Shown piece by piece: positions 40,207-50,171 of a stretch of 64,000 bases of DNA. Both the position numbers and the translations under genes were made by a program. How positions within the stretch are numbered: position 1 is the first letter of the stretch; every line of letters begins with the position of its first letter. The notes beneath the pieces are model-generated. The model saw nothing but the letters and a program-made list of their open reading frames with translations. It had not been told where the DNA came from and made no database searches. The stretch lies in the NCBI GenBank assembly GCA_036339735.1, contig JAYZAL010000036.1, positions 132,727 to 196,726 of the forward strand, read 5' to 3'. Source of the DNA: Candidatus Poribacteria bacterium (GTDB lineage: Bacteria; Poribacteria; WGA-4E; UBA9662).

Positions 40207-40584
40207 TTCTCTTTACTTCCTTAAAATTAACCAATTGTAAGAATACAGTAATGAGATAATATCTGAAAAGGTGAAAAAGGGGATATTGTTACATAAACAT
40301 GTATCTGGATTGTCAATACTATGAAAAATATCTTATTTCCATGAAATGTATTAAAACTCACAATTTTTCCAAACAAACGTAAAAACATGGTAAGCTTCCG
40401 TATGCTGCCATTTAGTAATTTTCAGCGAACTTAAAACATTATGAGGGTAAATAAGTTATCAAAATACAAGTGAAGGGAAATAGTCAATATATCTTGTCGG
40501 TGGGAATGATATAGAAGGAATATGTTATTTGATATACAGAGCCATAGCGTTAATTTTGTGGAAAATCATTAGCAACTTAACCTA

Positions 40585-41379
40585 TTGGAGTATGGAATGC
40601 AACAAAACTTGGACAAAGAAGACATTGTTTTTTTTCGTGATAACGGCTACTTGATTAAGCGTCAGATCTTAAACCCAAAACTAATGGCTCAAGCTAGGGA
40701 CCGTTTATGGGATGGCGCGCCAGCACAACTGGATAGACGTAACCCATCAACTTGGGTTGGACCGTTTCTAGAGCGATCAGAAGATAAAATGAATGCTCAA
40801 AACCAATATCGTTGGAATTATCGGCAGCCCGGCGGTGAACCATTTATGGTTGATTTGCTACCTAAAAATCCATCAATTTGGGGAATGGCTGAACAACTAT
40901 TAGGAGAAGGGACCTTGGTAGAACCAGACCGAATTCGTGGCATCTACTGCACACTTCCTTATGGAAATGTAGAAAAAAAAGCGTCAACAGGTTGTCATGT
41001 CGATGCGCATCCTTTTCATTTAGGGGTTGTAGGTTATATCGACGATGTGCTGCCTGAGGGTGGGTCCTTCATGGTTTGGCCTGGCAGTCATCGTACCTTC
41101 TATTACGACTTTCACTCTCAATATAAAAACGAACCGACTGAGCAGTACGAAGTCCATAGACGAGAATTTAGCCAATTACCAGGGGTCGATTGTCATGGAC
41201 AAGCCGGTGATATCATTTTCTGGCATCATCGTATCGGACACACCGCCAGCCACAATTACTCGAATAACATACGACAGGCCATATTATACGATTTTAAAAA
41301 AAAGGATCTACCACAGACAATGGAAGAGCCACCTAACGAAAATATGTGGCATGATTGGGTTGGTATCACAGATGACTAG
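40585..41379 (+). CDS. Phytanoyl-CoA dioxygenase (PhyH)-family Fe(II)/2-oxoglutarate oxygenase
   Basis: N-terminal FFRDNGYL, the HxD facial-triad motif (GCHVDAHPF) and a distal His (IGHTASH). Confidence 0.65.
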   Translation: MEYGMQQNLDKEDIVFFRDNGYLIKRQILNPKLMAQARDRLWDGAPAQLDRRNPSTWVGPFLERSEDKMNAQNQYRWNYRQPGGEPFMVDLLPKNPSIWGMAEQLLGEGTLVEPDRIRGIYCTLPYGNVEKKASTGCHVDAHPFHLGVVGYIDDVLPEGGSFMVWPGSHRTFYYDFHSQYKNEPTEQYEVHRREFSQLPGVDCHGQAGDIIFWHHRIGHTASHNYSNNIRQAILYDFKKKDLPQTMEEPPNENMWHDWVGITDD

Positions 41380-42183
41380 TTTTATCTAAAATTGAGTTTT
41401 GGCTAATGATTTCCCTTACTTTCAATCAGGCTTAGATTAGATTGGAACACACGAAACATACTAACTGTATCTCTGATGCCTAGTTACATTGTATATTGGA
41501 TAACAAATCGACGCTCCGTCGAATTCGGTGCGCCTAATTTGACAGACTACGAATGATAGCCAAATTACTAAAAACTACAACCTGGTCTGTGATTGTAAAT
41601 CAACCAACATAGTCGGATTAACCACATTACGTGAGTAGTATTCATCAGTTTACGAATAGCATTCTTTTTTTCACACCATTGCCTACTTGAACACACATTT
41701 GTAAAGGACTGATGCAACCCAGATGCTAAACAACAATGAGAGACCTCTGGAGGACGAGCGGAAAAACCTCCATCTCGTCGATCTTATTATGGTAGTAATT
41801 TGTATCGTAACAAATAATCAGGGAATATCGAATCCTAGAACCAAGAAATAATTCAGCTGAATCGAGTGATTCGGACTACATAAGAAGGTTACGAATACCT
41901 GACAAATAAATTCCAGAACAGAGAATGCTAGGACTCCCACTTGGTTAGTTTGCCCAAAGTCGCATTACCCTGTCGAAATGTTACTGACAAGTAAAGGTCA
42001 TTAATTCCCCTACTTTATACAGCTGCTGAACTGCTTGTATGACTAACTGTCGGGTACTTTTCTGCACCGCGCCAAAATCCAGACCAATGAAAAGCTGAAG
42101 GATAATAGAATAAACGATTCCACAAGTATTCGTCAGTGTTTTCTAAAATCGTTTAGATGGGGTAATATCCGTTTGGATTGAAC

Positions 42184-44592
42184 TCATAAAGAGTCGTAGT
42201 AATTAGCTAAAGTATTCGGATAGTGTGTGCCTGCTGGTACGTAAGCTAAGATCAAGCCATCAATTAATTGGCTCTGATCTGCTGCTATTCCAGTTGCAAC
42301 TTCTGCCGTTACCCCTTTCGACATGAGTAGATAAAATACATCTTGGTTCAAACCTTTAGTAGTAAAAAAATTGCCTTGGCCTTTTGAAATTACTAAATCC
42401 GCATTCAAAACCGAGGTCGCAAATTCGTGTGTGGCCTGATGTAAATTTGTACCTATCGTTACCGATCCTGATGAAATAATTCGGACTTGACCAGTATGAA
42501 TTTGTGCTGATAATAACTGAAAAAATGAGTGATCCGCGACTTGTTCAAGATCTGTAACCGTAGCATCGTTACTAGCAGCTTCTGATTTCCCAACAATTGT
42601 GACATGATGCCCCTTTTCGGCAAGTTGTTCGATTAACCACAAGTCGAAAACGGCCTCACCGTCATTATCAACCAACCAGACGATGGACTTCGGTGAAGCA
42701 TCAATAACTAGATCATTAAACTGATCGAAACAATCAATGGATAAGTTTGCTCCTATAGCCGCAGACAGGGCTTGATCGAAATAAGATGGATTTTCAGCCA
42801 ATTTTTTTACAACTCTCGCACTACTATAATCAATGACATTACCCGCAATGACCAACTTGAGTTTTTGCTGCCAGCTCAGTTTTGAAGAAGACAACCGATT
42901 TAATTGTTGGAATGCCGTTTGACGAGCTTGCCGCTTGTCGTAATAGTAGGGGTCAGAGGCACCTGTAGCAAGCTTCACCATTTCGAAGACAGCACCCCAA
43001 ATTTGCTCTGCTGTTAATTCCGAAATGACGAATTCGCCATTCCATCGTTTCAAGTCCAGAAAGTCAGCAACTATCTGTTCAGCAATTTTAGATAACAGGT
43101 GATTGCTAGTAGATCGTGTAATTAATTCATTTTTAGCGTGTGTCAATATATGCTGACGTAACTGAAACCAATCATCTTGATGCTGCTTTTGACCTAAGGT
43201 AAAAACACCGGGTAAATATGGCTCAGTCACTAACTCATCCCACCAAGTCGATCTTGGTAAAGCTGGAATGCCAAGATCACGTTTCTGTAATACAGATCGG
43301 CACGGGATGACAGTTGCATTAGCATTAACTAATTTTAACTGAACCTGAGTCCCAATTTGAACAGCAGTCAAATTAGATTGTTCTACTTCGGTTTGGCATC
43401 TTAAACCAAACACGGGTTCTGAAATGGGAAAAGTCGTAGAATTCCCCAGAAAGGCTGAGTCGTTGGCTCTTACATCTTTTAGGCTGACGCCATCACCCAC
43501 AGTTGTTCTACCGAGCAAGCTAGTATTTTCTAAACGGCAGTAATCCCCAATTTTCACATCAGCATCTAGGTGGACTCGACCCAAAAAGTGACAACCGACA
43601 CCAATTTGGGGTAGTTGATCAGCTTTGAATTGATAAGTAAATTGAGTTTGGGGATCTACACGAACCCCCAGTTCCGTCAATAGTGCTTGGTTTTGCTTGT
43701 ATTGCATAATTTCACCTTCCAGCACATTAGACCAACGGTTAACACCAGATAAAACAGTTTCTTGATAGACGTAAGCATTGGTCTTAAGACCATCTCGGTA
43801 AAAGTGATTGATCAAATCAACAAAATGATATTCGGTTCCATTTTTATGTAGTTCTAGTTGATTCAGTCTCTCAATCATTGCTTCACGTCTAACCAAGGTA
43901 ATTCCAGTATTAGTGTAGGCGCAACCGGCCGCTAACCATTTCTGCATTTGATCTTGCTCTTTTGGGGTCATATCGTACCACTCTTTGGTACCTGTGAAAT
44001 GTCCATCTCGATCGAAAAAAAGACCACCTTTATCGACGACAGTCAAAGGCTTTTTAGCACAAAGAGTTATATCAGCTTTTTGGATAAAATGAGAAATCAG
44101 AGTAAGCCAAAAGATATTAGGGGGTAAAAAAGGTTCATCGCCGAAAGTAACACCTATGAATTCAGCAGATGATTTTTGAAGAACAGGTAAAGCAGCTTTC
44201 AATGCACCGCCTGTACCATTAGCTTCTTGCTGAATACAGAATATTGAGGGGGCAGATTCGTTATCTTGATTGACCAAACGCTGATGTAGAGAAGGATTAA
44301 CGACAACAATATGAGGCCGAGTTGTTGGTAAGTGACGACGAGATAAATCTAGTACATTATCCCGACCAAACCAAATATCAAGAGTCTTATTCAATTGACC
44401 GGAAGGGTCTATTCTAGACCCCTTCCCACCAGCTAAAACAACCCATTGTGGATCAACATAGTTTTCAATTTTTTCTTTGCTTCCAAGTGTATTGAGAGCA
44501 GCCATGAAATCTTCTATTTGGTTGTCCGTAAGACTATAGATGCTTGCCAAAGAAATATCAAAAATAGATTCTATTTCTGTTACGGTAATCAT
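42184..44592 (-). CDS. Multidomain protein: sugar-1-phosphate nucleotidyltransferase (GlmU-N-like) + left-handed beta-helix hexapeptide repeats + C-terminal DUF89 (ARMT1/damage-control phosphatase-like) domain
   Basis: LAGGKGSRI and GTGGAL / GDEPFL nucleotidyltransferase motifs, then hexapeptide repeats (IGVGCHFLGRVHLDADVKIGDYCRL...). The C-terminal about 330 aa carry DUF89-like DPYY, the metal site DNDGEAVFD, and KGQGNF. Confidence 0.55.
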   Translation of the reverse strand: MITVTEIESIFDISLASIYSLTDNQIEDFMAALNTLGSKEKIENYVDPQWVVLAGGKGSRIDPSGQLNKTLDIWFGRDNVLDLSRRHLPTTRPHIVVVNPSLHQRLVNQDNESAPSIFCIQQEANGTGGALKAALPVLQKSSAEFIGVTFGDEPFLPPNIFWLTLISHFIQKADITLCAKKPLTVVDKGGLFFDRDGHFTGTKEWYDMTPKEQDQMQKWLAAGCAYTNTGITLVRREAMIERLNQLELHKNGTEYHFVDLINHFYRDGLKTNAYVYQETVLSGVNRWSNVLEGEIMQYKQNQALLTELGVRVDPQTQFTYQFKADQLPQIGVGCHFLGRVHLDADVKIGDYCRLENTSLLGRTTVGDGVSLKDVRANDSAFLGNSTTFPISEPVFGLRCQTEVEQSNLTAVQIGTQVQLKLVNANATVIPCRSVLQKRDLGIPALPRSTWWDELVTEPYLPGVFTLGQKQHQDDWFQLRQHILTHAKNELITRSTSNHLLSKIAEQIVADFLDLKRWNGEFVISELTAEQIWGAVFEMVKLATGASDPYYYDKRQARQTAFQQLNRLSSSKLSWQQKLKLVIAGNVIDYSSARVVKKLAENPSYFDQALSAAIGANLSIDCFDQFNDLVIDASPKSIVWLVDNDGEAVFDLWLIEQLAEKGHHVTIVGKSEAASNDATVTDLEQVADHSFFQLLSAQIHTGQVRIISSGSVTIGTNLHQATHEFATSVLNADLVISKGQGNFFTTKGLNQDVFYLLMSKGVTAEVATGIAADQSQLIDGLILAYVPAGTHYPNTLANYYDSL

Positions 44593-44653
44593 GTTACTTT
44601 AGTAGAAAGAACTAGTAGTTCTTTATGGAGAGAATAGGTTAAACAGGTACAGT

Positions 44654-45448
44654 TTAAGTAGCAGTTGTTTTGAACTTCTGGTTTTCTTGGCTAAATTTCG
44701 AAGTGACTAGGAAGGCATCATTACCAATGGCAACCATCTTCACTCCAGCCTCCAACCAACGTTTCCCAGAACTAAAATCGTTGACGTAACACCCCAGAAT
44801 GATATCTCTTTTTTTTACAGTATCAATCACCATTTGGATAGCAGAAACGACTTTTGGATGGTCAATTTCACCTGACACACCAAGCGAAGTTGAGAGATCA
44901 TAAAGGCCAATAAAAATAACATCTAAGGCTCCAACATCTAGAATATTATTCAAATTATCGAGACCAGAACGATTTTCTATTTGACCAATTAGAACGAGGT
45001 CTCTATTGGCTTGAAGAATTAAATCAACCCCATCAAATTTACGAAAGTCACCATAGTCAGTATGCCCAATACCAAATGCGACACCTCGGTCACCATCAGG
45101 TGGAAATTTAGCATACTGAACGACCAGTTCTACTTGTTCTGGTGATTCAAGACGAGGAATCATCAGTCCCGCTGCACCTGCGTCTAACGTTCTAGATATA
45201 AAATGTCGATCGATAGACGGCACCCTCACAATCGCCGGAATATCTGAGCCACGAGCGGCTCGAATCATTCCGCCAACCGTTTCGAGTGAAAACATCGTAT
45301 GTTCTAGATCAATTATAAAATAGTCAGCACCGGCACTGGACAAAATTGTAGCTATTTGCGGTACAGCAAACTCCATCACAAATGTACCAACCATTACGGA
45401 GTGGCTCCGTAGGTTTTGCTTAAAGGATTTATAATTTTTGTAAGACAA
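44654..45448 (-). CDS. HpcH/HpaI-family aldolase (2-keto-3-deoxy-acid aldolase / citrate-lyase beta-like)
   Basis: TIM-barrel HpcH-like sequence (VGTFVMEFAVPQI ... IDLEH ... VRVPS); the start lies 3 nt after the kinase stop. Confidence 0.65.
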   Translation of the reverse strand: MSYKNYKSFKQNLRSHSVMVGTFVMEFAVPQIATILSSAGADYFIIDLEHTMFSLETVGGMIRAARGSDIPAIVRVPSIDRHFISRTLDAGAAGLMIPRLESPEQVELVVQYAKFPPDGDRGVAFGIGHTDYGDFRKFDGVDLILQANRDLVLIGQIENRSGLDNLNNILDVGALDVIFIGLYDLSTSLGVSGEIDHPKVVSAIQMVIDTVKKRDIILGCYVNDFSSGKRWLEAGVKMVAIGNDAFLVTSKFSQENQKFKTTAT

Positions 45449-45451
45449 GTT

Positions 45452-47440
45452 TTAGATACCAGGCATAGTTGAGGGTGAAGACACAAATTGTCCATTATTA
45501 TTTATATCTTTCATTAACCGCGTAGCTCCAGCGACCGCGTAAGAAGGTGTCAACATTTCTCGCCCAATCGAAATAATATGTTGGCAATATTTGTAAGCTG
45601 AGGTTAGTTTTCCTCTACTATGCTCATTTTCAGCATAATTGAAATAGCAAATCGTACCGCGCGACCAGCTATCATTTGCCTTTTCTAGTTGATTGGCGTT
45701 TGTATATTGTAAACCAGATTGTTCATACATCTGGCCAGCAGGCAACCACTCTCGCCCTTTTTCCAAATCAATCGCAACTTGTGTATAGTGATCTCCGGCT
45801 AAATGAGCGGACCTGCGAGCAAATCGTAGTTTACTAGCGCTTTGATATGCTAAGTAGGCACGAGAGTAACAGTTGGCTACAACACTGAAATTCCCTCGTT
45901 CTGAGTAAGATCTGGCCTGTTGTGAATAAAAATCACCCAATTCTTTATAGGATTTTTGTGCTGGTCTAACTCGACCTTGATCTGAGTAGATGATCGCTTT
46001 GGCTAAAATCCGCTTAGCTTCATTTTCATGTGCGTATTGGACTGATTGATGCATGGTCTGAAGGACATATCCTGGGTTTCGATCTTCATCAACTTGTGGT
46101 GTTTTGGAAGAAAGTGACTGAGGTGACAAGGCTTGACGAGGATGAAAAGATTTACGATTCTGCAAAGAGGCTCTATTTTCAGGTACACTAGTAGTCTCTT
46201 TTTGCGAACTTAATTGATCGGCTACTTGCCTTTGAACTAACCTTGGCTGTTTCTGGATAATCTCAAGTAACTCTTCGCTGGTTATTTCTTTAGATTGCTG
46301 TTCGACAATATCCAGCAGCTTATTGAAAGTTTTGTTGGCAATTCTTATTGTTTCCAGGTCATGCAAGCCTAGTAAGGCTGCTTGCTTGATTTCTTTCAAG
46401 GCATTAACAGAATTTTGTTGATTAGCACGATTATAGTGATTATGAACCTTTTCAGAATAGTCAGATGTTTCTGACTTATTAGCAGCATCAGTTTTCTGAT
46501 ACCAAAGATCAAATTCGATTTTTTTCGCAACTTCTGCAGGAATTTTCCAAGTATTGCGCTCCGTTGATAAAACGTCGTGCCAATCAGCTGGTTTTGATTG
46601 ATTAGTTATGACTTGATTAGCGATCTCGGTATATTTTTGGCCACGGATACGAAAAAGTTCATCCTTCATCTCATTTGCTGTTTGAAACCTATTTCTAGGG
46701 TCAGGTGAAAGAGCTTTATTAAGGAATTGAACTAAGGTCGGATCCAAATCCGGTGGTATTTGCAACTTGCCGGCCAATTTTTGTCTTTTAATCTCTTCAT
46801 GTTTTTGGCCTGAGAAGGGATAACGATGGACAAACATTTCGTAGATAATCAATCCAGTAGCATACAAGTCTGCCCGTAAGTCGTAGTTACCGTCATATTG
46901 TTCAGGCGACATATACTTGCGAGTGCCAGTAACCGTAGCCGCAAAGTCATTGCTTTCTTCCAAAATGCGTGCGACGCCAAAGTCAGAAATCTTGGCTTGG
47001 AAATCAGCAGTTAGTAGAATATTTTGAGGCTTAATATCACGATGAATGATATTCGATTGGTGAGCAACAGATAGACCAGAACAAATATCAATAGCAATGC
47101 TTACAGCTAAACCGAGAGAAGGTGGGTTACTAGACAGCATCCGCTGCAAATCAATGCCATCGACAAACTCCATCACCATATATGCGACATACTCTTCGTC
47201 GCCAGGCTCAACTGTATGGATCGATACAATATTGGGGTGCCCCCAGTTCATTCCTAGCGCGCGTAACTCGGTGAAAAAGTACCGAATCCGATTTCCAGTA
47301 TAAACAGAGCGCGGTATGACCTTTATGGCCACTGTTCTCTTGATTAACTGCTCTGTTGCCCGAAAAACAGTTGAGAAGCTACCCTGACTTATCAGTTTCT
47401 CGATTCGATATTTATTGAGAAGAAGCTTATTAATCCGCAC
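45452..47440 (-). CDS. Serine/threonine protein kinase with a C-terminal helical (TPR/Sel1-like) repeat region
   Basis: VAIK, HRDIKPQNILL, DFG and SPE subdomains in the N-terminal 280 aa; the C-terminal 250 aa are helical repeats. Confidence 0.8.
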   Translation of the reverse strand: MRINKLLLNKYRIEKLISQGSFSTVFRATEQLIKRTVAIKVIPRSVYTGNRIRYFFTELRALGMNWGHPNIVSIHTVEPGDEEYVAYMVMEFVDGIDLQRMLSSNPPSLGLAVSIAIDICSGLSVAHQSNIIHRDIKPQNILLTADFQAKISDFGVARILEESNDFAATVTGTRKYMSPEQYDGNYDLRADLYATGLIIYEMFVHRYPFSGQKHEEIKRQKLAGKLQIPPDLDPTLVQFLNKALSPDPRNRFQTANEMKDELFRIRGQKYTEIANQVITNQSKPADWHDVLSTERNTWKIPAEVAKKIEFDLWYQKTDAANKSETSDYSEKVHNHYNRANQQNSVNALKEIKQAALLGLHDLETIRIANKTFNKLLDIVEQQSKEITSEELLEIIQKQPRLVQRQVADQLSSQKETTSVPENRASLQNRKSFHPRQALSPQSLSSKTPQVDEDRNPGYVLQTMHQSVQYAHENEAKRILAKAIIYSDQGRVRPAQKSYKELGDFYSQQARSYSERGNFSVVANCYSRAYLAYQSASKLRFARRSAHLAGDHYTQVAIDLEKGREWLPAGQMYEQSGLQYTNANQLEKANDSWSRGTICYFNYAENEHSRGKLTSAYKYCQHIISIGREMLTPSYAVAGATRLMKDINNNGQFVSSPSTMPGI

Positions 47441-47536
47441 GCTAATTGAAGCCTAAAACTCGATTTTCCTTTGGCCACCTGAACTTCAGGGGTTGAGGTT
47501 AACATTAAATTCACACTATGTCAATATGTAAATCTT

Positions 47537-48205
47537 TTATTGGGCTTGTGTTTCCTTGGCTTTTTTGACAGCTACAACTAATTTTTGGGATATTTCAGTT
47601 AGTTTCTTAAACTGTTTTTCCGTAATTGTCTGCTTGTTAACCAATGTACTGCCGACTCCTAAGGCCGCAGAACCAGACGTGATAAACTCAGCAGCATTAT
47701 TCAAACCAATTCCACCAGTAGGAATAATCGAAACCTGTGGTAATGGGGCTTTAACAGCTTTTATGTAAGATGCGCCAGCTATATCTGCAGGAAAGACTTT
47801 GACGTAGTCAGCACCTAACTCCCAAGCTCTCAAAATCTCCGTAGGAGTGAAAGCGCCGGGCATTACGACCTTTCCATAGCGGTTACAAAGTTCGATCACG
47901 TCTGGTTTGGTTATTGGGCTAACTATGAAATCAGCCCCAGACAAAATTGCCAATCGAGCTGTTTCTGTATCCAGAACAGAACCGGCTCCGACTAGCAAGT
48001 TTGATCCATAACGTTTTGTCATCGAACCTACCGTATCAAGTGCTCCGGGAGTGGTCATTGTAATTTCGATCACATCTATACCTCCAGAATGGATTGCATC
48101 AACCACTTGAAGCAAGTCTTGGTTGGTATCGGTACGAATAATTGCTACAATGCCACTGTTTTCTATTTTTTCCATCTGTTCAAATTTTGTCACTATTTCC
48201 TCCAT
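47537..48205 (-). CDS. eda: KDPG / KHG aldolase (Eda)
   Basis: GIDVIEITMTTPGAL, GAGSVLD, VSP, PGAFTPTE and KVFPA are all typical of Eda. Confidence 0.8.
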   Translation of the reverse strand: MEEIVTKFEQMEKIENSGIVAIIRTDTNQDLLQVVDAIHSGGIDVIEITMTTPGALDTVGSMTKRYGSNLLVGAGSVLDTETARLAILSGADFIVSPITKPDVIELCNRYGKVVMPGAFTPTEILRAWELGADYVKVFPADIAGASYIKAVKAPLPQVSIIPTGGIGLNNAAEFITSGSAALGVGSTLVNKQTITEKQFKKLTEISQKLVVAVKKAKETQAQ

Positions 48206-48302
48206 TGAGTCTAATTAATTTATCGTTGTTCTTCGGCAACGGCTATGCTAAAATCAGCCAAAGGGTCATTGGTTAATATCCATCCTGCGCTAAGTTGAAG
48301 AC

Positions 48303-49607
48303 ATGGACGAGGTCGGACATCATCTGCCCCAAATCGTTGGACTAGGGGTTCTTCTTCTGTTTTCTGCTTTCTTTTCTGGCTCCGAGACGGCTTTGTGCGC
48401 TTTGAACAGGGCACAGCTTGAAAGACTTAGACTCGAAAGTAAGAAAAGCAGTTTGGCGATTGTTCGTTTTTTAGACAACCCACGTCGGCTGTTCATCACC
48501 ATCCTGCTTGGTAATACCTTCATTAACACGGCGTTTGCTATACTGACCACCTCAATCATTGGTACTTCTGGCCTACAGGTTTTCATCGGTACCATTGTTA
48601 TTACTTTCCTTCTGCTGATTGTTGGCGAAATCACACCCAAAACTTATGCGATTGAACATGCTGAGCGGTTTTCCCGACTTGCAGCTCGTCCTCTATGGGC
48701 TTTTTCCGTTTTAATTTCGCCTCTTCGAGCTGTACTGAGAGTTGCTATCATTTTTCTAATACCCTTATTCGGTGGTAGTAACAAGAAGACAGAAGATCAT
48801 ATAACTGCAGAGGATTTAAAAGCACTAGTTCAACATGATGGTAGCGGTTTACAGAGTGAGGAACAGGATTTACTTGGCAAAATTTTGGAAATGTCCGAAA
48901 TTGAAGCGAAAGAAGTCATGGTCCCACAAACGGATATGATTTCGGCACGTTCAAATATCAAAATTCAAAAACTAATCCAGCTCGCGCACCAAAAAGGTGT
49001 TTCTCGGATTCCAATTTATCGTCAAAGTATCGACAACATTTGTGGTGTCTTTCATGTAAAAGATTTGCCACACTGGTCAAACGAAAATATACAGGACACC
49101 ACCATTGATCAAGTTTTAATGAAGCGTGAAGACTCTGATCAGACACTAATCAGACCCGCACTTCACGTACCAGAGACTAAAAACATATCGGCTTTATTAT
49201 CCGAGTTAAGTAAGTACAAGACAAAAATGGCTATTTTACTCAACGAATATGGAGGAGTCTCAGGCTTAGTGACACACGAAGACCTCGCCGAGTTCATCAT
49301 CGGGGATATAATAGACGAACACGATTCCGTCCACGAATGGCCAGACATTTTGCCTGCAGATGATAATGGACAGGTATTTGAAATTTTAGGTCGGACCAGC
49401 ACAAGAGCTGTCAACCAAAAACTAAATCTGAAAATCGATGAGGAAATCGCAGACACCATTGGTGGTTACGCACTGTCACTATACGGCCGAATTCCTTCAG
49501 TCGGCGAGAGCATAGAAGATATCGATTCTATATGTTTTGAAATCACCGCCCTAGATGGAAACCAAATCAGCGCTCTAACTGTCCGGTTACCGACGGCTGA
49601 GCCCTAA
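48303..49607 (+). CDS. CNNM/CorC/TlyC-family transporter (DUF21 membrane domain + CBS pair + CorC_HlyC domain)
   Basis: N-terminal four-TM DUF21 region, two CBS-like segments and a C-terminal CorC/HlyC domain. Confidence 0.7.
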   Translation: MDEVGHHLPQIVGLGVLLLFSAFFSGSETALCALNRAQLERLRLESKKSSLAIVRFLDNPRRLFITILLGNTFINTAFAILTTSIIGTSGLQVFIGTIVITFLLLIVGEITPKTYAIEHAERFSRLAARPLWAFSVLISPLRAVLRVAIIFLIPLFGGSNKKTEDHITAEDLKALVQHDGSGLQSEEQDLLGKILEMSEIEAKEVMVPQTDMISARSNIKIQKLIQLAHQKGVSRIPIYRQSIDNICGVFHVKDLPHWSNENIQDTTIDQVLMKREDSDQTLIRPALHVPETKNISALLSELSKYKTKMAILLNEYGGVSGLVTHEDLAEFIIGDIIDEHDSVHEWPDILPADDNGQVFEILGRTSTRAVNQKLNLKIDEEIADTIGGYALSLYGRIPSVGESIEDIDSICFEITALDGNQISALTVRLPTAEP

Positions 49608-50171
49608 TGGTACCATACTTTCTAATCATTTGCATAGCACTAATCCGTATTTGTTTTTTGTCTTTTAGTAGCTGTAGTGTTTGAGGCGAGCATGTGAATC
49701 ATCCGCATCATATTTTAATTCTTGGGCTATAATGGGGTTTCGTGTTGGTTCTGAGCCCTACGTTATCTTTTTTTGATATAGAAGACATTTATAAAAGTAA
49801 AATAGCAAAAAAATTGGGCTAAAAGGGGCAAACTGCTGGTTGAATTTTATAAACAAGCATTAGGAATGCTTTTAGTTACAATAAACAAACGTGCTGTGGT
49901 GGTAGAGTAGATTTGATTGAAGATATTTTGATAGAGTCTACTGACATAAAAGAGTGATTAGCAAACTTGCCAAACCAACTCAAACATTATTGAGCTTGAT
50001 GGGTTAGTAATTACAAAGCTATAACTGAATATTTTCTATAATTGGAAAACGATTTTCCGACATCAGGACCCAAATTAAAGATCAATCACTTAGCGTGCCG
50101 TGATACTTAGCCTATATGACAACCCCAAACACGACAACGTTACAAACAGTCGAGTACACAAAAGGTAAAAC

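Noticed and set aside
40207-40330. Possible Pho box upstream of the porin/pst locus (ccTTAAaaTTAAcc at about 40218-40232)
   Set aside because: It is only a tandem TTAA pair and does not match the E. coli CTGTCAT consensus or a clear three-repeat cyanobacterial PyTTAAPyPy array; it cannot be supported without comparative data.
41500-41530. Palindrome around the EcoRI site (cgtcgaattcggtgcg)
   Set aside because: A short imperfect palindrome in an AT-rich spacer; no flanking repeats or associated restriction-modification genes.
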